The translations under genes and the position numbers were made by a program. 64,000 bases of DNA from Nitrosopumilus sp. (GTDB lineage Archaea; Thermoproteota; Nitrososphaeria; Nitrososphaerales; Nitrosopumilaceae): assembly GCA_965203315.1 (NCBI GenBank), contig OZ241857.1, forward strand, positions 1,664,001-1,728,000. Direction: 5' to 3'. A model generated the notes under the pieces. That model was not told where the DNA came from, did not search any database, and saw only the letters and a program-made list of their open reading frames with translations. Shown here one piece after another: positions 40,914-50,087 of the stretch; position 1 is the first letter of the stretch; each line of letters starts with the position of its first letter.

Positions 40914-41710
40914 CTCTTGATCACCGTACATCCTCTATGTGCTATTGCAGATGAAACAGGATCAACACGTTGTCCGTTTGCGATCAGCACTTCTCCAACT
41001 CCCATCTCTAGAGACTCGATCGATGCTAATATCTTCTTCTCCATTCCTGGTCCGATCTTGGGTCTGATCTCTTTTGCTGCATCTAGTGTCAACTCTGATA
41101 CAACTTTATCATCCATCAATAGCCCATCAACATTTGTGATAAATAATACCTTATCTGATTTGACACTTGCTGCTACATATGCGGCAGCTCTATCTCCATC
41201 TATGTTGAGTAGTTCAAACTCTTCACTCATTGCGATGGGTGAGATGACTGGAACTAGTCCTTTTGATAAAAGTAATCTTATAAACTCTGAATTTACCTCT
41301 CTTATCTTTCCAGTATATCCTCCATCGATTGCTTGTTTTCTACCCTTTTCATTTACGATCAACAATCTCTTCTTTCTATCTGCTCTGATGAGTTTGGCAT
41401 CGACGCCAGAGATCCCCACCGCATTAATGCCACTCTTTTGCAGCATCTGAACAATAATCTTGTTGATCTTGCCTGACATGACCATTGTAAAGATCTCTGC
41501 TGTCTCTTTATCGGTATATCTGCTCTTTATTCCGCTAGGCGATGTAACGAATTTGGGTTCTTTACCTAGCTGTTCACATAGATGTGAAACCTCTTTTCCC
41601 CCACCATGAACTAGAATCAATCCTTCTTTCTTGGAGATATTTTTAATGTCTTCTATAAAGGACTCGTGTAGATCATCGACCACACTCCCTCCTATCTTTA
41701 TCGTGATCAT
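40910..41710 (-). CDS. lysZ: [LysW]-aminoadipate/glutamate kinase
   Basis: IKIGGS, VHGGG, SRYTD, NIDGDRAA and GPGMEKK motifs. Confidence 0.92.
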   Translation of the reverse strand: MITIKIGGSVVDDLHESFIEDIKNISKKEGLILVHGGGKEVSHLCEQLGKEPKFVTSPSGIKSRYTDKETAEIFTMVMSGKINKIIVQMLQKSGINAVGISGVDAKLIRADRKKRLLIVNEKGRKQAIDGGYTGKIREVNSEFIRLLLSKGLVPVISPIAMSEEFELLNIDGDRAAAYVAASVKSDKVLFITNVDGLLMDDKVVSELTLDAAKEIRPKIGPGMEKKILASIESLEMGVGEVLIANGQRVDPVSSAIAHRGCTVIKR

Positions 41711-41712
41711 GT

Positions 41713-42759
41713 CTAAACTGGTGTCAACGGCGTATATCGTAGTCCATCCATCTCATCAAAGCCACACATAACATTCATGTTCTGTATAGCAGATCCTGCA
41801 GCTCCTTTCATCAGATTGTCTGATGCAGAGAGTGCAACAAGTCTGTGATTGTCTTGATCTAAATCAAATCCAATATCACAAAAGTTTGATCCTACCAAAA
41901 ACTTTGGATCTGGAAATTTGTATAGTCCTTTCTTGTCTCTGATCAATCTTACAAACTTTTCGTCACCATATGCGCTACGGTACAACTTCCACAGCTCTTT
42001 CTCATCAACGTCTCTCTTCATAAATGTGTGATTTGTACACAATATTCCACGAACAACGTCTACAGCGTGTGGACTCATAGACACTTGAATCTTCTTTTTT
42101 GCAATCTGACTGAGTTCTTGTTCTATTTCACCGGTGTGTCTATGTTTTGCAGGTTTGTATGGTCTAATGACACCGGCTCTCATCGCATGTGCAGATCCAG
42201 ATCCAGAGCCTGCACCAGAAGAACCAATCTTGGAATCAACGATGATATGTTCTATATCTATTATATCGTCTCTTATTAGAGGAGCAATAGCAAGTATCGA
42301 TGTTACTGCCATACATCCGGGACAAGATACCAACTTTGCATTTTTGATCTCTTCTCGATGAAGCTCAGGAACACCATATACTGAATTTGAAAGATACTCT
42401 GGATGTGGATGCTCCCATCCATACCATTTATCATATGCTGTTTGATCATGTAGTCTATAATCTGCACTAAGATCAATTACCTTTACATCTCTATCGTATA
42501 GTGCTTTTACTATCTCTGTTGCTGTGCCATGTGGAACAGCCGTAAAAACTAGATCACAACTATCTGAGATTCTATCATAATCCAACTCTGAGAAGGTTAG
42601 ATCGGTAAATCCCTTCAAACTAGGTTGAACTCGATGTAGGTACTCGCCCACATGCTGTCGTGATGTTACTGCACCTATCTCTATCTTTGGATGGTTCACT
42701 AAAAGCCGTATGGTCTCACCACCTACATATCCAGACGCTCCGACAACACCTACCTTCAT
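41713..42759 (-). CDS. lysY: [LysW]-phosphate reductase (ArgC family)
   Basis: GASGYVG, DLSADYR, PGC and DNLMKGAAG motifs. Confidence 0.93.
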   Translation of the reverse strand: MKVGVVGASGYVGGETIRLLVNHPKIEIGAVTSRQHVGEYLHRVQPSLKGFTDLTFSELDYDRISDSCDLVFTAVPHGTATEIVKALYDRDVKVIDLSADYRLHDQTAYDKWYGWEHPHPEYLSNSVYGVPELHREEIKNAKLVSCPGCMAVTSILAIAPLIRDDIIDIEHIIVDSKIGSSGAGSGSGSAHAMRAGVIRPYKPAKHRHTGEIEQELSQIAKKKIQVSMSPHAVDVVRGILCTNHTFMKRDVDEKELWKLYRSAYGDEKFVRLIRDKKGLYKFPDPKFLVGSNFCDIGFDLDQDNHRLVALSASDNLMKGAAGSAIQNMNVMCGFDEMDGLRYTPLTPV

Positions 42760-43155
42760 AACGTTTTATCACTTGATGTGTAATTTAATTCGTTATTATG
42801 TATTGTGTATTATGTACTCTATTGTATGACTTGTACGGAGAGAGACTTGATCCAAAATTAGACAGATACATTTTGACCTAGAGAAAAGCGATCTGTAGAC
42901 ACTATCTGATCTGCTCTATCTTTTTGTATTGTCTGGGGCATATCAGATACTGTTGTGTCAGATACTATATCTGGCTTGTCTCTTTCATCCGACAGATTCA
43001 CTTTCTACATTTTACCGCTCATTCTATTCTGTATGATGTATGTCTGATTGTGTATCGAGTTTAGTCATTTGACTTGAGTAAACCACTTTTGTACTATACC
43101 CACAATAAACACTATGTTTTTAATAGTGAATATATTTTGAATATTGATATAATAT

Positions 43156-43890
43156 ATGCCACAGAGTAAGAAGAGTTTTAGACTCAGTCCATCAAAGTAT
43201 GTGACATATGATATGTGTCCTTTAAAGTTTCAGTATCAATATATTGACCAAGAGCCAACCGAGCCATCACCTCATTTGGAGCTAGGTAATGTAATACACA
43301 ACACTATAGAGGAATTGGAAGAACTCGAAGAGGTCACGGAACGTATCGCATTAAAATATCTAAACAAAAATCTTAAAGCGACAGATCTGATTAAAAGTAA
43401 AAAAGAGTTTAAAGACAGAGCCAAAAAAATGCTCAAAAAATATTTAGAATGGTCAAAGGAAAATACAGATAACGCTACGGTAGACGTTGAGGTCTGGTTT
43501 GATCTAAAAAGACCTACCCATATTAAAGGTAGAATAGATCGAGTAGAAGAGACTCCAAAAGGCAATATCGAGATAATCGATTACAAGACGGGAAAAACTA
43601 GCCTCAACAAAAAGACCATTCGAAAAGATATTCAGATGAATATGTATGCTATTGGTGCAAAAAAGTTGTACCGTAAAACTCCAACAGCTGCTTCTGTATT
43701 ATACCTAAAGACAGGCAGGATGGTCAGATATAATATTACCAATAAATCCCTTGAGGTATTTCGTAAGAGACTTGACAAGATGACAAAGTCTATCAACAAA
43801 TCGATCAAGAACAATGATTTTAAGGCCAAGCCAGGATATTGGTGTCGCTTTTGTGATTATGCTGATATATGTGAGTACAATCCATACTAG
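43156..43890 (+). CDS. Solo PD-(D/E)XK nuclease, RecB/AddB/Cas4-like, with Fe-S cysteines
   Basis: SPS...CP, G...H, GRIDR, IIDYKTG, Q...Y and C-terminal CRFCDY..IC. Confidence 0.88.
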   Translation: MPQSKKSFRLSPSKYVTYDMCPLKFQYQYIDQEPTEPSPHLELGNVIHNTIEELEELEEVTERIALKYLNKNLKATDLIKSKKEFKDRAKKMLKKYLEWSKENTDNATVDVEVWFDLKRPTHIKGRIDRVEETPKGNIEIIDYKTGKTSLNKKTIRKDIQMNMYAIGAKKLYRKTPTAASVLYLKTGRMVRYNITNKSLEVFRKRLDKMTKSINKSIKNNDFKAKPGYWCRFCDYADICEYNPY

Positions 43891-43984
43891 ACAATAATAA
43901 AAACACAACTATGCCATCGAAAATATCCATGTGAATTCTTTATAAAGGTTTTAGCGATTTTCAGTCTTTGGTCCATAGTTTACA

Positions 43985-44135
43985 CTAGGAATGTATTCCT
44001 CACGATCACAGGACTTCGGACATATATCCATTCGAGCCAGTTACGCTCAGTATCATCTTGGTCCTTTTATCAAAATCTGTCCATTTATTTTTCAGTGGCT
44101 CTCCCACAATATTCGACCGGACCGTTACGATTTTG
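43985..44135 (-). ncRNA. Candidate IS110 bridge/seek RNA region
   Basis: Four short inverted repeats directly 3' of the transposase stop: 44095-44107, 44034-44048, 44018-44029, 43987-44000. Confidence 0.5.
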
Positions 44136-44136
44136 A

Positions 44137-45249
44137 CTATGACACAACAAACTTTCTATCCTCTGCTAACACACAATATATCACTCGAAGTAATTTGGCA
44201 GCAGCTGCAACTGTTGCCTTGCTTGTACCGCGTTTCTTTGCAAGTTTATAGTAAAATCTAGAAATGTTTGTATCTGTATGTCTGACGTGTACATGTACTG
44301 CTTCAGTTAGAATCCATCTTAGCATACGACTACCACGTTTGGTTATATGACCATGAATCACTTTATCTGCAGAGTTTCGTACTGATGGAACTAGTCCTGC
44401 ATATGCGCATAGTTTATCTGATCCATGAAATCTTTTGATATCTCCTATCTCTGCCGCAATTACAAGTGCACTGTAATTGCCTATGCCTGGAATTGTTTTC
44501 AAGAGTGCTGCATATCTTGTTTTATCTACTTTGGTCGCTATTTTGATATCATCTTCAAGAATCTCTTTGTTACAAAATTCTATTGATCTCAGATAAGACT
44601 CTATACGATAGTCTCCAAGTTGTTGTAATTTCTTGATGTATTGCTTAGAAAATGGATTACCATCTATCTTTATCCCACTCTGTAGTATTATTCCATGTAT
44701 TAGATTCTTGTATCTTGTTCTATCTCTCACATATCTCTGTCTATGTCGTACCAGTTGTTTTGATTCAATAGTATCTAGATCCGATACATAACACTCTGGA
44801 ATGTAATTGAGTCTGAGTAGGTCTGCCAGTGTCCATGCATCTACCTTGTCTGTCTTTTTCTTTGATGCAGCTATCGCTCTAGTTTGGTATGGATTCGACA
44901 ACACTACATTAAATCCCAATTCATCTACCAAGTATCTAAACAGTCCATACCAGACTGACGATGACTCTAGAACACACTTTGTCTTGTCTCTAGAAAACTG
45001 TGCAAAGAACCTTTTGATACTGTCATGATCTGTAGCAACACGTTCATTGAGCAAACGCTTACCATCCTCATCAACTGCTGCAACCTGTAGAAACTTTTTG
45101 TGAGCGTCTATTCCAACGTATATCATCTTACTTTTACTTTTTTTCTGGGTAATCTGTTTGTTTGCATTTTTAGATCGATTTACAGGTGATCGCTTGGATC
45201 GACTTGCATGCTTGGTATCATCTGAATTTGCTTTGATCGATTTCTTCAC
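44137..45249 (-). CDS. IS110-family transposase/recombinase
   Basis: GID, LESS and KTDKVDA (DEDD RuvC-like), TIPGIG, AYAGLVPSVRNS and K.G...LR; no internal stop. Confidence 0.96.
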   Translation of the reverse strand: MKKSIKANSDDTKHASRSKRSPVNRSKNANKQITQKKSKSKMIYVGIDAHKKFLQVAAVDEDGKRLLNERVATDHDSIKRFFAQFSRDKTKCVLESSSVWYGLFRYLVDELGFNVVLSNPYQTRAIAASKKKTDKVDAWTLADLLRLNYIPECYVSDLDTIESKQLVRHRQRYVRDRTRYKNLIHGIILQSGIKIDGNPFSKQYIKKLQQLGDYRIESYLRSIEFCNKEILEDDIKIATKVDKTRYAALLKTIPGIGNYSALVIAAEIGDIKRFHGSDKLCAYAGLVPSVRNSADKVIHGHITKRGSRMLRWILTEAVHVHVRHTDTNISRFYYKLAKKRGTSKATVAAAAKLLRVIYCVLAEDRKFVVS

Positions 45250-45256
45250 ATATGTT

Positions 45257-45365
45257 TATTTTTGTGCCACGTGTGTGATTTGGACTATTACATTTATACG
45301 GAGTTTTAATATTTTTGTGCCACGTGTGTGATTTGGACTATTACATTTATACGGAGTTTTAATAT
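45257..45365. repeat. Perfect 53-bp tandem duplication upstream of the IS110 transposase
   Basis: ATTTTTGTGCCACGTGTGTGATTTGGACTATTACATTTATACGGAGTTTTAAT x2. Confidence 0.95.
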
Positions 45366-45769
45366 GTATGCAGATCTATAAATTCACAACACATTGTAAA
45401 TTTACCTCTAGACTATCAAATATTTCGTCAATAACTTTAATCAATATTCAACTAAACAAGAGATATGCATAATGGTGAGAGTGTGTTTTGGTTTATGCTA
45501 AGATGATCGTGCTAAGTATCATGCCTAGCATATCATTCGTTAAGAAATCGACCACATATGTCTCTTGGAAAAGGTAGATTTGAAACGCCACATGAAACAT
45601 TTAATCGAAAGATACCAAAAAAGGAAACGTCCACTGTAGAGTCGTCTGGAGATGAATATCGTGTCAAATGATATGGTGAACGATTTTTATTTCACACTAT
45701 TCATGTGGATAACAGAGCGCTAATAGAGTGATCAATTTAACAAAAAATTCATGTCAGAGTAATGATCTG

Positions 45770-46621
45770 TCATTTTTTAATATAATTTAATGCAAAGTTG
45801 ATCATCTCTCTTGGAATGTCTCGTTTTGCAACCTTTGCTAATCCTTTAAACTCAACTGTATTGTTTACTTCATGTACGACCAGGCCTCGCTCTTTATCTT
45901 CCATCATATCTATGCCTAATATTCCACCTCCCACAGCATCTGCTGCTTTTATTGCAATCTCTTCTATCTCTTTTGTGATCTCGCATCTTTCTGGATCTCC
46001 ACCTAACGCAACGTTTGTTTTAAAATCACCTGCAGATCTACGATACATGGCCGCTACTGCTTCATCTCCAACTGTGATGACCCTGATATCTCTTGGCGGT
46101 CTATCTATAAGCTCTTGCAGATAGTATATTCTATCGTATGGTCCATCAGTTACATCACGTATCTCGATAATTGCATCTATTGTATCTCTATCCTTGATGG
46201 GCATTACTCCTCGACCCCAACTCCCGATGACTGGTTTAATGACTACCGGATACCCCATATTCTCAATGACATCGATTGCGCCTAAACTAGAGAATGCAAA
46301 TTTTGTCGTGGGCGTTGGCACATTGTGTTTTTTTAGACACAACGTTACGAACATCTTGTTTCCACATATACTTGCTACCTCGAGTCTATTCAATACAGGC
46401 ATGTCGATAAACTCTAGACTAGCTGTAAAGTGTAATCCTCTAAAGTAACTAACACATCGCTCAATCGCTATATCTCCTAACGAGTCATTCTTGCTATCAG
46501 TACTCATCTCTGTCGTCTTGGCGTCTAGCATTTGTACATTACAACCTAGGTCTACAGCTGCATTTTGGAGCATCTTCTCCTCTGTTCTGATTCGGTCAAA
46601 GACGATACAGATCTTTGGCAT
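45770..46621 (-). CDS. lysX: LysW-amino acid ligase (RimK/ATP-grasp)
   Basis: KPVIGSWGR, RDIRV, FKTNVALGG and HEVNNTVEFK motifs. Confidence 0.93.
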   Translation of the reverse strand: MPKICIVFDRIRTEEKMLQNAAVDLGCNVQMLDAKTTEMSTDSKNDSLGDIAIERCVSYFRGLHFTASLEFIDMPVLNRLEVASICGNKMFVTLCLKKHNVPTPTTKFAFSSLGAIDVIENMGYPVVIKPVIGSWGRGVMPIKDRDTIDAIIEIRDVTDGPYDRIYYLQELIDRPPRDIRVITVGDEAVAAMYRRSAGDFKTNVALGGDPERCEITKEIEEIAIKAADAVGGGILGIDMMEDKERGLVVHEVNNTVEFKGLAKVAKRDIPREMINFALNYIKK

Positions 46622-46788
46622 TACTCTCCCCAGTCTTCACCTACGCTCTCTGCATGCTTTATCTCTGTGTTGGCACCATCTCTCTTTGTTATCTCAAAGT
46701 CGGCACCACAATCATAACAAGAGATAATTTCACCAACTGAGGCATCGTCTGGAATATTCATCGTCGCATCACATTCTGGACAGTTCAT
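46621..46788 (-). CDS. lysW: Amino-group carrier protein LysW (not in ORF track)
   Basis: 55 aa: MNCPECD...C.DCG...EDWGE C-terminus; overlaps the argG stop and the lysX start. Confidence 0.95.
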   Translation of the reverse strand: MNCPECDATMNIPDDASVGEIISCYDCGADFEITKRDGANTEIKHAESVGEDWGE

Positions 46789-47984
46789 GTTTTTGTTTGC
46801 CTCCTCTTTTGTAATTTATTCGCTTCTGTTGTCTGTAATCCCCATAACTCTACGAATCCCTTTGCTAGCCTCTGATCAAATGTAGACTCTGTTCCATATG
46901 TAGCAATATCGCGCTTGTACAACGCGTATTCTGATTTACGACCTACAACTCTTAAACTGCCCTTGTACATCTTTAACTTTACAGTTCCAGATACAACTTG
47001 TTGAGACTCTCGGATAAATGCATCCAAGTCTACTCTTAATGGATCCTGCCATAGTCCCGAGTATACGAGATGTGCCCACTCGTCATCTATTGTAACTTTG
47101 AATCGATTTTCGTGTTTTGTGTGAACCATCTTCTCTAGGTCAGTGTGAGCTGTGATGAGGCATGTAGCTGCTGGCGTCTCATATACCTCTCGTGACTTTA
47201 TTCCTACAACTCTGTCTTCTATATGATCAACGATTCCTACTCCTGACTCTCCTGCCTTGCGGTTGATGTACTCGATCAATCTCTGTAGATTCATTGCTTT
47301 ATTATCGACTGTCACTGGGACTCCTTGCTTGAACTTTATTGTTAGATATGTTGGTTTGTCTGGAAGATCTCTGGTCTTGACCCAGATAAAGGCATCATCT
47401 GGAGGTTCACTGTACGGATCCTCTAATACTCCACCTTCGATTGCACGTCCCCACAAGTTTTGATCTATGCTGAACTTTTTTGCAACATTGTCAATCTCTA
47501 TTCCATGATGTCTTGCAAACTCTAGTTCTGTATCACGATCTAGATTCTTATCTCGAATTGGTGCTATTATTGGAAGATCAGATCCAGATCGTAACGTTAG
47601 ATCAAATCTTACTTGATCATTTCCCTTGCCTGAACATCCATGCGCTAATGCGGCAACGTCTTCTTTTACTGCGATCTCTAATACTTTCTCTGCGATCAGC
47701 GGTCTCGCAAGTGCAGTAGCTAAACAATATTCTCTTTGATATAGAGCATTTGCTTTTATTGCTGGTGTAATGTAATCACTTGCAAACTCTGCTTTTGCAT
47801 CAATATTGTAATGACGCTTTACTCCGAGCTTTTTTGCTTTCTTTGCGATCTCACGCTTGTCTTCACCCTGACCCACATCAACCGTGACTGTAATTACATC
47901 CATGTCGTGCTCTTCTTGGAGGTACTTTACAACAACTGATGTGTCTAGACCTCCCGAAAACGCAAGAATTCCTTTTTGTGTCAT
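46785..47984 (-). CDS. argG: Argininosuccinate synthase
   Basis: AFSGGLDTS, HGCSGKGNDQVRF and GIKSREVYE motifs. Confidence 0.96.
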   Translation of the reverse strand: MTQKGILAFSGGLDTSVVVKYLQEEHDMDVITVTVDVGQGEDKREIAKKAKKLGVKRHYNIDAKAEFASDYITPAIKANALYQREYCLATALARPLIAEKVLEIAVKEDVAALAHGCSGKGNDQVRFDLTLRSGSDLPIIAPIRDKNLDRDTELEFARHHGIEIDNVAKKFSIDQNLWGRAIEGGVLEDPYSEPPDDAFIWVKTRDLPDKPTYLTIKFKQGVPVTVDNKAMNLQRLIEYINRKAGESGVGIVDHIEDRVVGIKSREVYETPAATCLITAHTDLEKMVHTKHENRFKVTIDDEWAHLVYSGLWQDPLRVDLDAFIRESQQVVSGTVKLKMYKGSLRVVGRKSEYALYKRDIATYGTESTFDQRLAKGFVELWGLQTTEANKLQKRRQTKT

Positions 47985-48134
47985 AAAACACAATTACGGA
48001 TATATTTTTAGAATTTATCTTTTGTGTATTCTTGTGTCTACTGTGTTGTGTCTGTTGTGTTGTGTCTGCTGATGTTGAACTGGTAGACGTTCAGACTTTT
48101 TCAAATATAAATAACATCAAAAGTACGATATACT

Positions 48135-48347
48135 ATGGGTATTGTGTCCAAAGGCGCAAAGTGTAACGTTGATGGATGTACAGATGACGGCGCTAGATCG
48201 TTGAATACATCCAAAGTTGAGAGTGCTGGTCTTCGCGTAAACTCGTCTGGAAAAAAGACTGTTCTATGTAAGACTCATTACAAAGAATGGAAGAAAGAGT
48301 CTAAAGGCGATCGTGATCTAGAACGTGCGAGATTTGATAGATTTTAA
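48135..48347 (+). CDS. Small Cys/His-containing hypothetical protein
   Basis: C.VDGC...LCK.HYKEWKK; 70 aa. Confidence 0.75.
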   Translation: MGIVSKGAKCNVDGCTDDGARSLNTSKVESAGLRVNSSGKKTVLCKTHYKEWKKESKGDRDLERARFDRF

Positions 48348-49411
48348 CTCTTTACTGGATTTTGTGTATAGTCTTCAACGAGCTTTTGATATATTTCGCC
48401 TATCTTTGAATAGAGACGCTTTGATCTGCGTGGCTTTTGATTGCTGAGTGCATATAGTGCCAATATTGGAAATGCGATAGTTGTGTCAGCATATACTGTA
48501 ACTATGCCTTGATGCGAGTCTTGGATTTTGCCCCAACTCTTACCTTCTTGAAGTGTTGCTCCAGATAGTCCTCCTGTATCTGGTCTAGCATCAGTTATCT
48601 GAATGATATAGTCTTGTCCGCCATCATTTCGCCTCAAGATCTGATCGAGGAGTGGCCCTGTCTGCTGTGCCATATTCTTTGGTACTCCTCCTCCCAACTC
48701 CAATATGCCTGATTTTGTAGAACTGTATAGTATTGCAGCCTGCTCTAATATCTCTCGTACAAAGTCAAGATTGTACTTTTTTCCAGCAAGTCTGTGTATT
48801 GCTAAATTTAACGCTAGTGATGAGTCTTTGATGGTTGAGATGTATACTGGAACATCCTGGTCATATGCAGCAACTATAAAACTCTGATCTGGATGTTTGG
48901 CATTGTTCTTACTCAGGTATCCCATCTTGTTACAAAATTCTGCAGTTGTAAATGGTTTATCAGTAAAATCGGCAAACATCTTTTGAACGACTTGATCTTG
49001 AGCCTCAAGGGTCTCATAGAATTTGATATATACGTCACGAATTCTAACTATCTCGTTCTCGTACAGCTTCATGTCGTCTACATTGAAACTACCTTGCTTG
49101 ATTGGTAATCCCCATGCAAAGTGGTCTTCATGATATACATTTGCACCAGTAGTAATTATCCAATCTACAAATCCACGTTCAATTAACGTCTTGATTATGC
49201 CACCAAAACCTACTGGCGTCATCGCACCTGATACACTGAGACAGATAGTTGCATCTTCTTGTATCATAGTTGCATACAACTTTGCAGCCTCACCTAAACT
49301 TCTACCATTGAATCCAGATCTTGCATACACCTCTACCAACTGTTCTATTGTCATGTCGGGTTCAAGTGATATGTGTGGTATGTCATTTCCATAAAATTTA
49401 TGTGGATCCAA
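48344..49411 (-). CDS. Deoxyhypusine synthase family protein
   Basis: TTGAN, GGGVPKN and GGLSGATLQEG.SWGK motifs. Confidence 0.92.
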   Translation of the reverse strand: MDPHKFYGNDIPHISLEPDMTIEQLVEVYARSGFNGRSLGEAAKLYATMIQEDATICLSVSGAMTPVGFGGIIKTLIERGFVDWIITTGANVYHEDHFAWGLPIKQGSFNVDDMKLYENEIVRIRDVYIKFYETLEAQDQVVQKMFADFTDKPFTTAEFCNKMGYLSKNNAKHPDQSFIVAAYDQDVPVYISTIKDSSLALNLAIHRLAGKKYNLDFVREILEQAAILYSSTKSGILELGGGVPKNMAQQTGPLLDQILRRNDGGQDYIIQITDARPDTGGLSGATLQEGKSWGKIQDSHQGIVTVYADTTIAFPILALYALSNQKPRRSKRLYSKIGEIYQKLVEDYTQNPVKS

Positions 49412-49523
49412 CTAGAAACAAAAAAGTCCATACAGTAAATAATACTTGCTGATCAAACTTGCATCTCATGTACTCATATCTGATGCTCTAAAACATTATT
49501 TGTATGAGTATGTCTGTATATGC

Positions 49524-49859
49524 ATGAAGATTATCGAACTTGATTCTAATCGTATATCAAAACAACCAGATGAGACGAGTGTTATCTTGTCTACTAGTTT
49601 ACATCATGAAGAACATGTCATAAACCGAGTTGAACTTCGTCTATATGTGGAACACACTGATGTCAAGCATGGTCAACACTATCTGATCACATCGTTTGTT
49701 GATACCGATATAGGATCAGTTGAGATGATATATGATGAAGGATTTTTAGGTCAGGATCCACTAGTACGCGCAACTAACTTTCTGACATCCACACTAGGAA
49801 TCTCTAGTCTCATTCTCCGCTCACTAATATCGTTACATGACAGAGCTAACAACGTCTGA
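49524..49859 (+). CDS. Hypothetical protein
   Basis: ORF 49446..49859; ATG at 49524 is the likely start. Confidence 0.65.
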   Translation: MKIIELDSNRISKQPDETSVILSTSLHHEEHVINRVELRLYVEHTDVKHGQHYLITSFVDTDIGSVEMIYDEGFLGQDPLVRATNFLTSTLGISSLILRSLISLHDRANNV

Positions 49860-50087
49860 CCGCTCGGTCTAGTTACTATGTATCGTTATATCGATCTAGT
49901 GTAAGTTGTATCTGATATCATCGATGTTAATTCAAGCTGCATTCTATTCTGGACTATGGTGGTGGCTTACTGTATGTGTTACTTTTTAATTGATACGATC
50001 CTTGACTACATGTTCACTGTACTAGGCAGATATACTCATGTCAGAAAATATCAAAAAGTTTAATTCAATTATACTCTGTGTCAATTT

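Larger units (their letters stand above)
43925..45390 (-). mobile_element. IS110-family element (ends approximate)
   Basis: Transposase plus structured downstream non-coding region; exact ends not resolved by eye. Confidence 0.7.

Noticed and set aside
43156-43890. Nuclease as part of a CRISPR-Cas locus
   Set aside because: No cas1/cas2 or array in the window; the motifs fit solo RecB/AddB-like nucleases.
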